Part shown: piece after piece, positions 47,766-59,016 of the stretch
How positions within the stretch are numbered: position 1 is the first letter of the stretch
How the letters are laid out: the number at the start of each line of letters is the position of its first letter
Assembly (NCBI GenBank): GCA_000092065.1
Contig: CP000582.1
Length of the DNA: 64,000 nt
Reading direction: 5' to 3' (one strand)
Source: Ostreococcus lucimarinus
Taxonomy: Eukaryota
The notes under the pieces: generated by a model
Seen by the model: only the letters and a program-made list of their open reading frames with translations
Databases searched by the model: none
Told to the model about the DNA's origin: nothing
Program-made: the position numbers and the translations under genes

Positions 47766-49559
47766 ATGACTTGTTACACGAAAATCAACGCGGCTGTCCC
47801 TATCAAAGGTAAGACGCGTACGCGTACGCGTTCTCGATTAATCGGTACATGGTCACATTGTTCCATGCATTCGTTGCACATTGGGCTGTGTATGGCTTGC
47901 AGTCGTGCTACCTGCCAGAAATCAGCCTTGCCGTCGTCCGATGCAAGTTTTACTAGGTTGAAGCTACTTTCTACGAGAAAAGAATACAACGCGCGACGAT
48001 CGATCACATGCAGCTCTTTAAATATCGACTTCGCAAACTCCCTTCTGCCCTTTAGTAGCCCTGATATGTTTCTCGGAGTGTTGGACTCAGCGTCTGTATA
48101 CGAAACAGTGCTTCTGACGGTAGAGTTCAAAACGCTTGCGCTTGGATTCGTTGCTGGCATCATGACCACAAGTTTCATCGTTTATCTCACTCAGCGGGGT
48201 AGGCGCCGAAAATCTAAAACCCTCACTCGGCAAGCTTTAGCAGAGTTGAGTGCCCTTGAAGAGCTGGAAACCCTGGACCTCCTTGGCGACATCCCGGCGT
48301 GGTTGACTTTTAGCGATGTTGAGAGATCAGGTTGGCTCAATAAAGTTGTTAAAGCCGCTTGGCCTTATTTGGATGCGGCCACTTCATCAGTCATCGTGAA
48401 GGCCTTAGATCCAATATTGCGAAATACACGGCCAAGTTTCTTGACATCGTTACAGTTTGAGAGATTCAGTTTTGGTAGTGTTCCAGCTATCATTGAAGGT
48501 GTCAAGGTATATGAATCGAGTGAAGAAGGTGCTTTGGAAATCGATTTAAAAGTGTTTTGGGCAGGAGATCCTGACGTTGTTCTGAAAATACGAGCAGCAC
48601 AAGATGCGTTAGCAGTTCCAGTTTCTTTAACGGAATTTGAGTGCACGTTCACTCTTCGACTGATTTTTGCACCACTCATTGGAATCTTCCCATGCTTCGG
48701 GGCGCTCACAATTTCATTGACTGAAAATCCGGATGTAAATTTCGATCTTCGCGTTGTAGGAGGAGACATAACGCTTCTGCCTGGTCTTGCGCAGCCACTT
48801 CAAACATACATCCAGGCCTTAATTGCATCTTTTCTCGTCTGGCCTCGTTGCATCACTGTGCCGATTCCAGGTACGGGTTACTCACTTCCAGATATGGAAC
48901 GCGCAAACGCCGGTCTACTTCATGTTGAAGTACATTCTCACGATGAAACATTGGCTTCAGAAGCTGAAATTGCTATCCAACTCCGTTGGCCCGGTGCATT
49001 GAGCACAGATATGTCTCAAGAAGTGCGCGTACACGCTTTGCCCGGTGGCAGGTTTTTGAACTCTCGAGAAATCACACTTCCCGTGGAGGACATGACTAGA
49101 CAGATATTGAGTGTGCGTTGGTATTCAAGCCCTAAAGACCAAGGCGAGGCGAGGCAATTGACAGGTGAAACTAGTCTATTATTGGATGACATAGTTAGTC
49201 AGATCGATTTTGAGTCTTCGGGAGAGTTAAAAGACTGGGGTCCCGTCACCATAGCTGTAGAACTTGAATCCACAAATAGTGAAAATGCGAGCAGAGATGC
49301 CGTAAAACGAAAAAGTTCGATGTACGGCAGGATGATCAAGGTAGGTTCTGACCTTTTATCGCGGGGCAAGCGTTTTTCGAAAAAATCTACTACGAAGGTG
49401 TCTAGAGGACCCGAAGATAACAATGTGGATAGATGGTTACATGTCCGAGCGCGTATAGTTCAACTGACTGTTAGATACCAGTCCATTGATTCTATGCGTG
49501 CACCTCTCTCATCTTCACAGGGTTTCCGCTTGCGTGAAAACGAACAGAACGAGGATTGA
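47766..49559 (+). CDS. SMP-domain lipid-transfer protein (extended-synaptotagmin/tricalbin-like) with an N-terminal transmembrane anchor.
   Basis: TM segment LALGFVAGIMTTSFIVYL, then WLNKVVKAAWPYLDAATSSVIVKALDPILRNTRPSFLTSLQFERFSFGSVPAIIEGVKVY, which matches the SMP-domain consensus. The true start is probably the internal Met MFLGVL. Confidence 0.55.
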   Translation: MTCYTKINAAVPIKGKTRTRTRSRLIGTWSHCSMHSLHIGLCMACSRATCQKSALPSSDASFTRLKLLSTRKEYNARRSITCSSLNIDFANSLLPFSSPDMFLGVLDSASVYETVLLTVEFKTLALGFVAGIMTTSFIVYLTQRGRRRKSKTLTRQALAELSALEELETLDLLGDIPAWLTFSDVERSGWLNKVVKAAWPYLDAATSSVIVKALDPILRNTRPSFLTSLQFERFSFGSVPAIIEGVKVYESSEEGALEIDLKVFWAGDPDVVLKIRAAQDALAVPVSLTEFECTFTLRLIFAPLIGIFPCFGALTISLTENPDVNFDLRVVGGDITLLPGLAQPLQTYIQALIASFLVWPRCITVPIPGTGYSLPDMERANAGLLHVEVHSHDETLASEAEIAIQLRWPGALSTDMSQEVRVHALPGGRFLNSREITLPVEDMTRQILSVRWYSSPKDQGEARQLTGETSLLLDDIVSQIDFESSGELKDWGPVTIAVELESTNSENASRDAVKRKSSMYGRMIKVGSDLLSRGKRFSKKSTTKVSRGPEDNNVDRWLHVRARIVQLTVRYQSIDSMRAPLSSSQGFRLRENEQNED

Positions 49560-49986
49560 AGTAAAACCCTTCACACTATCGAATGTCAATACCTTCTAAA
49601 CAAGAGTCTCGATGACCGATGATTGATGTGAATAGAATTACATTTGCGAATGCCAATCGACTAATCGACTACTGGGATCAGAAGACTTGAGTATATTTTC
49701 AAAATTGCGTAAAGTCTGGTTGACTTGTTTTCATCTCTGCATATCAGTATGGCCACATCCCTTCATTCGAATGAAAGAGTTGTTCCGAAATGAAAGTGCT
49801 GCATGACTTGAAATTTATCCAAGCACTCAACCTGTGCATCATGAATTAAAAGAAGTGTCTGATGTTCACCCCTGACGTACGTACACAATACATTTTTAGT
49901 AGCCCCTCAGTGACTTTCGTCCACGACCGCACGTCACTTAGACTCGCGAGGAATGGCGATACACGCTGCAAAGGACCTGCTTTCAA

Positions 49987-50560
49987 CTACGATAATTTGA
50001 ATGTGCATGACTCTAGCCTCCCAAAATAGCAACCCACCATCCTCACATGTGCGCAACTGTCCAAAAATAGTCCACCCTGTGAAAAAGCCTCGTGCTCAAG
50101 AATAATTCTTGGCGTAGAATTTCCACATCGTAGCTCGGCTGCTCCCCTACGAGCTAGCTCAATGACAGTACATTTCTCCGGCATAAATATTACCATAAAA
50201 AAGGCAGAAAACAGTAGTCATCAAGACCCCACGCACCGTGTGAACCTGCTGGTTCAAGCCTATTCGTCCGTAGTCAGCACCTGTGGCATCTTGTGTTAAA
50301 CGTTCATACCGAAAATGTTGTTGAATTGTACGAGTGACTGCGATATAATGCTTGAAGATACTATGGATGACGTTCGTTCTTTGATCGATGGTGAAAATTT
50401 TATGAGCTTCGAGACAGCACAGAAAAGCGACAAAATTGAGCTCATGTCCTGTTCCGTAGTCTAAACGTGCCCCATCACCAAAACTAGGCATATTAATTCA
50501 ATCTGTTACTTCCAAGTTCTGATATTTCCATGTCGTACCTATTTTGTAGATATATCTTGA
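49987..50560 (-). CDS. PP2A phosphatase activator PTPA (phosphotyrosyl phosphatase activator), partial model.
   Basis: SFGDGARLDYGTGHELNFVAFLCCL is the hallmark PTPA motif. The flanking exons are not resolved. Confidence 0.6.
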
Positions 50561-51330
50561 GGTCACTCTTGATGTAAATATCCTGGCCAGCGTTGTGAAA
50601 AATTAAAGAGAGAATACAAAGGACTCTGGCGAAGCTTTCGTTACCTTTCGTTCATCAGATACTATATCGTCAACGAAATCTATCAATCAAAACGATTCGG
50701 ACAGTCGAATTATCTAAAATGTGCAAAATTTTACCTGCGCTGCGGCGTTGAACTTCCTCCAACCACCTACGGAAACTTGGATCGCCAAAACGCACACTAG
50801 TAGCCGTTTGCTCGAATTTTGTGACGCTTTCTTCAAGATCACGGAAGAATTCTTTCGATCTCTCAATCCTCTCATCCTGTCGCTTCTTATACTCATCAGT
50901 GTTCGTCGGTTTCGCCAAGGAATCGCTAACTCCCTGCTGAAACTCTTACGACTCAAACTGTTGCACGCATCTGTATTCACCTGTATGAAGTCGATCAACA
51001 AACCACGTGCACGTGAAACTTTGAATTGTGACATGTCTGTCATATTTCGTATACGTTTGCTTGGTGTGCGTTCCACCATCGCTCGTTCATCGAGGTACGT
51101 TCTGTGGTGAACTCGTTTGTCTTAGAGGAGCAAACGGGGACAAGGAAAACCTTGCAGTACGAGATACCTTCTTGGCATCAATTATTCGACTATCGTAAAG
51201 TGGGTATATACTAGTACATTTAGTTGATTTGGTGTCATCCAAGCATTACAAAGTCAGGCCTAAGGTTGAGAATAGCTTTTGCGCAAAGGCAGCGAGAGGT
51301 TGAGCCCACTTCACTTTCGAAGAGGCTTCT

Positions 51331-54112
51331 TCACGTAAATTTCCCTCCACCTCTCGTGGCAAACTCACGTGACGTCTTCTTGCGCGAAAAATTACCGTAT
51401 GAATCACGCTGCTTTCCCTTCAAACCGCGGTCAGGCACTTCAAAGGTGAAAAAACGGCTGCGTTCACTTCTGGACCGTCGCGACTGATACTCGTCAGCGT
51501 CAGCTGAGTTCTTCACCTGCCGTCGAGATCGAGCAATTGGTTCATCATCCTCCTGGTAACTGATATTCTTCGAACCGATATGGCGATCCAATGCCCGTTC
51601 ACTTGCGTCCAGCAAGACGAGGACTTTCTCAGAAAAAGTGTTTGCAGCGACTTGCAGTCGTGAGTGAGCCACTTGACTTAAAGATACACTTTGTGCAACA
51701 TCATAGAAGACTGCTGGAACCTCTTCATTAGCTATCATCGAGTTCACAATGGAACGCACTTTCTCTTCACTCATTGAGACCATTTCGGCAAGAATACTGA
51801 CGCTTGCAGACGTGTACTGTTCCGCAAACTGATGCAAATAAAGTCGGATAGCTTCTATTTTGAGCTGTTCATCTATGAGGCGAACTATCCTTTCCTTTGA
51901 TTCGGGCAAAGAATTCCATACTGATAAATTGAGAACAAGCTGCGATGCCACGTGATAGTTTCCAGTGAGTAACATTTGGGTTGCTACCATAATAGTATCA
52001 CGTGCTCCATCTGGTGGACCTGTAAAAAGTTGCCTACGATGATTCTCGATGACTCGCATGAAATTACGTGGAAAAGGTCTCGTCTTTCTCGTGCAGAACA
52101 AGTCTGAAACCTCTAACAGCATTGAACATGTGAGAAATATACTTTCGATGAGATCAATATTGATGTGCAGATGATGAGGTATCTGACGCCGTCTTTCAAG
52201 CTTTTCTTGTTCCGCAGAACGCTCAAACCGAGCTTGTGTTGAGCCTTGTGCAAGTAGCTCCTTTGCTCGCCCGCTTGCGCACAATTCGGACAAGTAAGTG
52301 AATGCTTCGACGAAATTGCCACGCTCAAAGGCACATATTCCTAGTTGTGCAACTGTTCTATTGAAAAGGATTTGCGTGCTAATGTCCATGTATTGAATAA
52401 CTTCTTGCAAATGTGACATAAGAAGCAAGTCTTTCGCTGTTTTGAAATCTCCACGAAGTGCCTCACTGAAAATTTGACAAAGGAGCGCACGGGCTTTGGC
52501 CCGCTCATCACCATGCTTGTAAATGTAAGTAGCCAACATCTCAATCGTTGTGAAGAGTCCTTCAGCAGGGAATTCAAAAGAAGTGGCAAACATTTCAACT
52601 TCGGAGTTTTGATGACTAGGTTCGACGGTGTCATTGTTCGCCGAACAATGAATTTTCGAAGTGGTGTATTTCCTGAGTGCTTCGTGTGAATGACAGCGTT
52701 TACAGTACAACTTCTCCAAAAGCCGCAGAGACAAACTCGCGACGTGCTTCGTGTTCTTGTTTCTATAGAATTCAGTAATTTGCGAAAGAAGAATGAGTAA
52801 CATCCCCTCGTCTTGCAGTCTATTGACGTAATCCTTTGTATGTGCATCAATGCATTGTAGCGACTTGGTGTATTCGTCGTCCAAGCGCTCAGTGAAAGCA
52901 CAAAGAGATCCACGAAGTTGAATGTTTGCTCCTGCAATGATCTCGTCATTTGATGGGCGTATAGCTATCTCTTCTTCATCCACTAGTGAGATGTGGCTAT
53001 TCGATTTCAATAACTGTAAAATGCTGAGTACATTGCTTAAACAACTGCGCCACACAGGGACCGGCATAAATGTCGACATGCTACCAGTCAGGTCGAATTG
53101 TGCACTGATAATATGCAAAAGTACCTCAACCTCTTGCGCAGGGCACTTTGATAGGGTTGAAATATACCTCAACTGCTCGACTACACGTGTCCTGTCGACG
53201 CCTTTCTTTCCTCGAGACATGGCGATATCTTTGAGCTTCGAATCGATCATTTCAAACGTGACGTCCTCTTTGGGAATATTCATGATATCTTGCATAGATT
53301 TCTCAGCTGGATCTAATGGAATTTTCTCTTTTGTGTCGTCGATTGTTTCTGATGTGGTGTCACTGTCTGAGGCTTCGCCTGTCTTCAGGAAAAGCTCCGC
53401 GGCAGCAACGTCGGCAGGTTCGATCGCACGAATGTGCTTCTTAACTCTTTGATTCAGTGAATTGAACGCCTTTGCCTGCGAAGTAGACATTTGCTTCTTG
53501 AACTCCGGTTCTTGTGAACATATATCCAGCTCAGCAGCCAAAGATACTAACGTTCGAGCGAAGAGTTTCAAACTGCTACCTGTCCGCGTAGAAGACTGCG
53601 TGCTCTTCAAAAACTGCTTGTGGAACCCGTCCAGGAGACCGAGGAGAGATGGCCAATCCCTTGCCGTTGTTGCACGCCGGATCCCCAGCGTGCACTGCTT
53701 CAGCGTCTCATATTGTTTTTCCTGAGTGCAACGTTGAGAAAATTTTACTCGTTCAGTTCAACGACGTACCTTTGTACTGCGTATGATACGCCTTTCATCC
53801 TCTGAGCTATCTGAACTGTCATCTTGCAAGTATCTGCGAACGAAAGACAACTGGTGAGTATTCACAGGAGCCTAGGGTTTGTTCGCCAGGTTCGAGATCG
53901 AGAAAGGCCGCGCTCGAGACGCCGCACGAGATGACGAAGGCGTACTTAGATGGGCCATGATCTGAATCAGAACTGGAGCTGTACGACGACGACGACGACG
54001 ACGTCGACGTCGAATCGTCGGAAGAGTAATCCGTGCTCTCTTCGCTACTGCCATCGCTTCCTCCCCAGAATTTGCTCGCCTGTACAGGAAAAGACGGCGC
54101 GTTAATATACAT
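51331..54112 (-). CDS. Translation initiation factor eIF3 subunit c (NIP1).
   Basis: The 759-aa ORF 51331..53610 has a PCI region resembling eIF3c (LLLMSHLQEVIQYMDISTQILFNRTVAQLGICAFERG) and an RG/RS-rich C-terminus. An acidic Ser/Asp-rich N-terminal exon lies at 53819..54112 (..ASKFWGGSDGSSEESTDYSSDD), matching eIF3c MSRFF..SDSESE. Confidence 0.75.
53985..54016. repeat. (GAC/GTC)n trinucleotide microsatellite inside the eIF3c N-terminal acidic exon.
   Basis: The run acgacgacgacgacgacgacgtcgacgtcgaa encodes a poly-Ser stretch on the minus strand. Confidence 0.6.
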
Positions 54113-54708
54113 GCACGGTACTTTGTGAGAAGATTACTTGTGGCCCGCATCATCGCGACAAGTTGCAGGGTCACGGATCAAACCCGTCGCCCGTGCCGAG
54201 ATCGTTTCGAGCAACGACACTAGCGCGTACCATGCTTTTCGGCGCCGCAGCCCAAGAGCTTGACTTGATAACCCACGCCACTCCACGGTGTGCAGACCTG
54301 TTATTTTAATGAACCAAATACGCCAGTATTTGACTCCGACGTCTGCAGCAAGAGAGCAGCTCGGACTTCGTTCGACCGCCCGGAACCCCGGAGTGTGCTG
54401 AATAGTGCGGAATTTATCTCAAGAAATAGATTTACAACGTACTTGTATAGCAAAAAGAGATTCAAAATATTGCATCATGTAATATTACATGCTTTTGCTA
54501 CGAGAAAGGGCGCCGCCAAGATGTGGGCAGGTGGTGTGGTTTGCCGAACCGCACAAATACGCGGAAATTACAAAACAAAGGTACGTACGCCGCTCAGAGC
54601 ATACCGATAGATCGCATGCTAGATTCGTTCAGCGTGTCCGCTGATCACACTCTGCATCTCTTCACACCTTACTGAGTGACCGCGGCTGATCTTCGCTCCA
54701 GGTTTTCG

Positions 54709-55191
54709 ATGGACGTTGACCGCCTGCAGAGACTTGCCAGTGCTGTCCGCACGGGTGGCAAGGGATCTATGCGACGGTAATTCATGATGGATCACTCTGA
54801 CGCCTCCATCTCACCCAAACACTTTTCAGTAAGAAAAAAGCCGCACATAAAGCTGTCTCGGCTGATGACACCAAGTTACAAAACTGCCTCAAACGCATGC
54901 AGGTCAACACGATCCCGGGTATCCAAGAAGTAAACATCTTTCAAGGCGAAAACGTGATTCAATTCGCCAACCCTAAATGTACGAACTGTTCCAGTATGAT
55001 AGCGTTACGATCTGACGAGTATGCGCAGTGCAAGCTTCCCCTCCAGCTAATACTTATGTGGTGACGGGCCCGTCTTCTACTAGAGGTGAGCGGATCATAC
55101 TTTTCTCAAGAGTTCATACTAAATCCAAGTCTTAGCTCTCCAAGATATACTCCCCGGTGTCTTTAGCCAGCTCGGTAAGTCGGTCGCATAG
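54709..55191 (+). CDS. BTF3: Nascent polypeptide-associated complex beta subunit (NAC-beta/BTF3), multi-exon.
   Basis: Exon 1 reads MDVDRLQRLASAVRTGGKGSMRR, followed by a GTAATT..TTTCAG intron. The later exons read KKAAHKAVSADDTKLQNCLKRMQVNTIPGIQEVNIFQGENVIQFANPK, VQASPPANTYVVTGPSSTR and DILPGVFSQLGKSVA*. Confidence 0.7.
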
Positions 55192-55428
55192 ATCCATCCA
55201 GCAGCCTTGATAAACCACGCGTTAGGTCCTGAAAACATTGCGAACTTGAAGAAAGTGGCTGAACAATACTCTCAGGAAAGTGGCTAAACTTCGTTCTTCG
55301 TTTATAGACTTCTTGTGAGTTACAAATAACTGACGATCGCTAAATTCCACCCTCCTATCGCTCGGTCAGAGCTTCTAGTATTCAGAACATGCATGCAGTG
55401 GATATTGTATCCACGATGCGTGACAAAG

Positions 55429-56290
55429 CTAATTTGTCTTGTACAGTTCGTTCACGTTGACTTCCAACTTTGTTTCCTTCTCGACAAACCAATAGCTATC
55501 ATCGTGGCACTTTTTTTCCGGGTGCGGCTCATGCATCGCTCTGTTTCCCAACATCTCAGGTATGGGTGGATTTTCGTATTCTCCGCAACGTACACGCTCT
55601 GACGAGCTAGATTTATTTGTTTCAGAAGAAAGAACAAAAACTTGCATCCCGTCACTGTACTCGTCGTCTGTGGCGAGGAGTAGTCTGTAATGTGGAATTA
55701 GGTTTTCACTGCCAAATGGGCTAGGGACTTGCAATGTCGTTCCAGTGGGCGCACTTGTTGCGATCAGCATCGCACGCGATAAAGCAGCACATTCAAGCAT
55801 TTCACTTTCAGGGATAAAGATTCCAGCCTAGACGAATCGTAAGATATGCATAGGGCTCTGCAGTCATACAAACCTCGTGTTGAGTATCAGCAAAAATGGA
55901 GCGGATGATTTCTTTCATCTGGTCCAGCTTGTCATCAACCACTGTGTTGGATGCAACATTCGCCTGAAATCAATCGTCAACATGCTTCAGTCAGGTGTAC
56001 GATATATTTACCTGGTGCTCATATTCTGCCAAGCTAGGCTGGGAGTGCACGTGTCGTAAAACTACTTTATTCTTCGAAACTTTGGTAACCAAGCCGATTC
56101 CCTCTAGTACGTTCGTTATATCGTATATTCTCCGCTTCTGCACTAGCAGCGCGACGGCAGCCTCGTTTAGATCGAGAGTTCCTTTCGGCGACTCGCGCAG
56201 CAGGGTCATGAATCTCGTCGTCAACAAACCGAGGGAGCTATGTAAGACCTTGATATAAATGGGGGATGCGTACGATGAAAGTGTCCTCAC
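55429..56290 (-). CDS. E2F-family transcription factor (winged-helix DNA-binding domain plus dimerisation/marked-box region), multi-exon.
   Basis: ORF 55991..56290 reads [55 protein letters not shown], the E2F DNA-binding domain signature. ORF 55429..55800 supplies the downstream coiled-coil/marked-box part. Confidence 0.7.
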
Positions 56291-56619
56291 CTATCAAATC
56301 GACTTGCACCTGGTTTTGGTAGCATCGATCCGTGTACACGAATATAACCGTAGGAAGGCGATAATTCAGCGCATATTTGCTTAGAGTGTTAACGCATTCG
56401 GCGCGATCGACTGAATATTACCGTAAAACGGTACACGTACTTGAATATGATTCTGCGAATCCTGAATTTGTTCGCTCGTACGCAAGTCGTCTACGATAGC
56501 TCACAGTGATGAGCGTCGCTGTTCGTTCCGCCGTGCAGCTGCAACCCGAACAGCAACGATTCCCCGGCCGGATACAGCTCAACCGCTCTCGATTTGCCAA
56601 CCAAGACTATTTCTGAGAG

Positions 56620-57474
56620 GGAAAAATTTATATATCGCACCTTTAGAGAGTACCTACACACATGACGAGTCATGAACCGTGGATATATACGTATTTTACA
56701 CCGTTTAGTTCTAAAAGTTTGATTCTACAACATCTACGAGAGGTAGTTCCTAATGCTAATTTGCTCGCCTTTGCTTGCCTTGCGTTTGTGTTCATCGACC
56801 ATCTTCTCGTGCCAGCCCCTCTTCCTGCTCAACGCCGTATCACCCGCCGCGCCTCTCATAGGAATCGCAACCAGGTTCGACATACCGAGCACACCATCGC
56901 CGTCCATTTTGCTATTCTTGGACATGTTTTGAGACATCTCTCTGTGTGTCTTCAAGTTGTGCATGAAACGTTGAAGTTTGTTGAGCGTGTCTGTGATGTG
57001 TGCGGCTTCATCAGGCTCGAACGTGAATTCTGGATCGAGTGCGAGTTGTGTCAACTCGGCGGTCATTTGTGCCCAGCGTAACTTTACACTCACGTTGTCG
57101 AAAGCTGCTCCAAGGCTTCTCCGATGAGTTGGTAGAGAGGCTTCAACATTATCTGGAATCGCTGGAGTCACGTGTCTCCTGGAATCGCTGGAGTCACGTG
57201 TCTCCTGGAGCCCGGACGATACGTGAAGAGCATCACCGAACGGATCGTCGAAGGGATCATCGTCGCACTCGTCTTCCATCCGACCATCGCCCGCACGCGC
57301 GACGACAACTGGCGCGACAGGCGTGGAAAAGACACGAGGCGAACGTGTTTTTCACCAAGGTAGGAATACTCTATTGTAGATGGCACTAAACGGTGTAAAA
57401 TACGTATATATCCACGGTTCATGACTCGTCATGTGTGTAGGTACTCTCTAAAGGTGCGATATATAAATTTTTCC
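56620..57474. mobile_element. Non-autonomous DNA transposon (about 855 bp) with ~88-bp terminal inverted repeats and a putative 9-bp target-site duplication.
   Basis: The left TIR 56620-56708 (ggaaaaatttatatatcgcacctttagagagtacctacacacatgacgagtcatgaaccgtggatatatacgtattttacaccgtttagt) is the near-perfect reverse complement of 57386-57474. The flanks show ttctgagag at 56611-56619 and 57516-57524. A 41-bp terminal segment is tandemly duplicated (57441-57481 and 57482-57522). The interior carries a 26-bp x2 direct repeat (57155-57206) and no recognisable transposase. Confidence 0.7.
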
Positions 57475-57833
57475 TTCTGAGGTACTCTCTAAAGGTGCGA
57501 TATATAAATTTTTCCTTCTGAGAGCAGTCCATGTCGTCGTAAAATTAACAAAATGATTTAATATGTACCCCTAGTATCGTTAAATACTGTAGTATTTGGA
57601 AGTATTTGGATAAAGCCGTTGGAATTAAAACCAAGAATGCTGGAAGAGTCTGCCCTATCTGCCTATCGTTCCGTAAGTGCGCGAAGAGACTGACGCGCAC
57701 TGGAACCGTCGATACAGTTATATCGGTTCAACGACGGTTCAACGACGGCCGCACGTGTATTTCATTTGTGAACACCGGTGCACCATAATACTTCGCGAAC
57801 GAGTATAACAAGAAAAGCCCAAAGCCCGAAGGT

Positions 57834-58670
57834 GTGAAGGTGATGAGCTCGAGTATGGTTGTGCCTTCAAGGGGATTGCGGGCGTCGTCATTTCGTATCC
57901 AGAGTGATAGGAGTACAATCAAACATGGCGCTGCGTTTATCACGAGACGCTCAACTAATACTCTCGCGCCATCTCTCACTTTCCTATATACGAATGCTGG
58001 TTCGCCAGTACGGGGGAGTGTGTGTTCAACAACATCAGAAACAATGCAATCAACAACACCAGAAACGATCGAAGAATTGCAATTATGTCAGGAGGAACTG
58101 TACTGCGTTCCTCAAGGGTCCAGTCGAATCATATTTTCCGCTCAAGATCCTTTTTCAGATAGAGTTGCTACTCGCGCCAATGCTCTTTCAGCCGTACCAG
58201 TTGGTGTGTCATTTTCTACTGCCTTCAGTGACCTAACTGGTAACCATGCGTTTATGTGCGCATTTTTAAGCTGGCTTGTCGCTCAAGTCGCGAAGATATT
58301 TACTGCATACTATCGTGAGGGTCGTTGGGATTACAGAGTAATGTTTGACAGTGGTGGCATGCCCAGTTCTCACACAGCTCTTGTCGTCGGTTTAACGACC
58401 TCTATCGCGCATCTGCATGGCTTAGGGAGTGTGCATTTCCCAATGTCATTAGCGTTCACGTTGATTGTTATGTACGACGCGGCTGGAGTGAGACGACACG
58501 CTGGGAAACAGGCTGAGGTACTGAACAAGATTCTTGCTGACACTTTTCATGGGTCGCCACTGAGCAATACCAAGCTCAAAGAAGTTTTGGGGCATAGTCC
58601 GTTGCAGGTAGTGTGTGGAGCTATCCTCGGTGTGCTCGTAGCGTCATTCTACATGCTGAAGTTCAGCTAA
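57834..58670 (+). CDS. DUF212 / acid phosphatase-vanadium-dependent haloperoxidase-related membrane protein (PF02681 family) with a transit-peptide-like N-terminus.
   Basis: MFDSGGMPSSHTALVVGL..VMYDAAGVRRHAGKQAEVLNKIL matches the conserved core of the plant/cyanobacterial DUF212 family. The N-terminal ~60 aa are S/R-rich. Confidence 0.65.
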   Translation: MKVMSSSMVVPSRGLRASSFRIQSDRSTIKHGAAFITRRSTNTLAPSLTFLYTNAGSPVRGSVCSTTSETMQSTTPETIEELQLCQEELYCVPQGSSRIIFSAQDPFSDRVATRANALSAVPVGVSFSTAFSDLTGNHAFMCAFLSWLVAQVAKIFTAYYREGRWDYRVMFDSGGMPSSHTALVVGLTTSIAHLHGLGSVHFPMSLAFTLIVMYDAAGVRRHAGKQAEVLNKILADTFHGSPLSNTKLKEVLGHSPLQVVCGAILGVLVASFYMLKFS

Positions 58671-59016
58671 TAGCTATGCGGTGAATCGCATGCAACCCTC
58701 TCTAGACATTGCCTATTTTGCTTGTGACTTCGTATTGAGGTTTCGTAACAATATCGTGCACACGGTGCCAATGTTGATAGAAATTAGATGGTGATCAGGA
58801 TAGCCAAGTTCGTGAACCAAACTCATCGCCTCAACGCGCTTGTCTGAGAGTAGTCGCGGACGGAAAAGCTAGTCTATCTAACACAACTTGGCCCTTGCCC
58901 TCGCACATTTCCAACGTTTCTCTTATTTATGATTTTCTTTTTGATCGAAGGCGTAGTGATACTACAAAGAAGTTCGAATTATGAGATTATAGTAAGCCCT
59001 ACTCGCACTAAACTGT

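Noticed and set aside
56734-57279. 181-aa minus-strand ORF inside the 88-bp-TIR element, considered as a candidate transposase
   Set aside because: It has an acidic N-terminus and no DDE/DDD catalytic triad, HTH or zinc-finger pattern. It is only ~540 nt, too small for a typical transposase, and overlaps other ORFs. The element is treated as non-autonomous.
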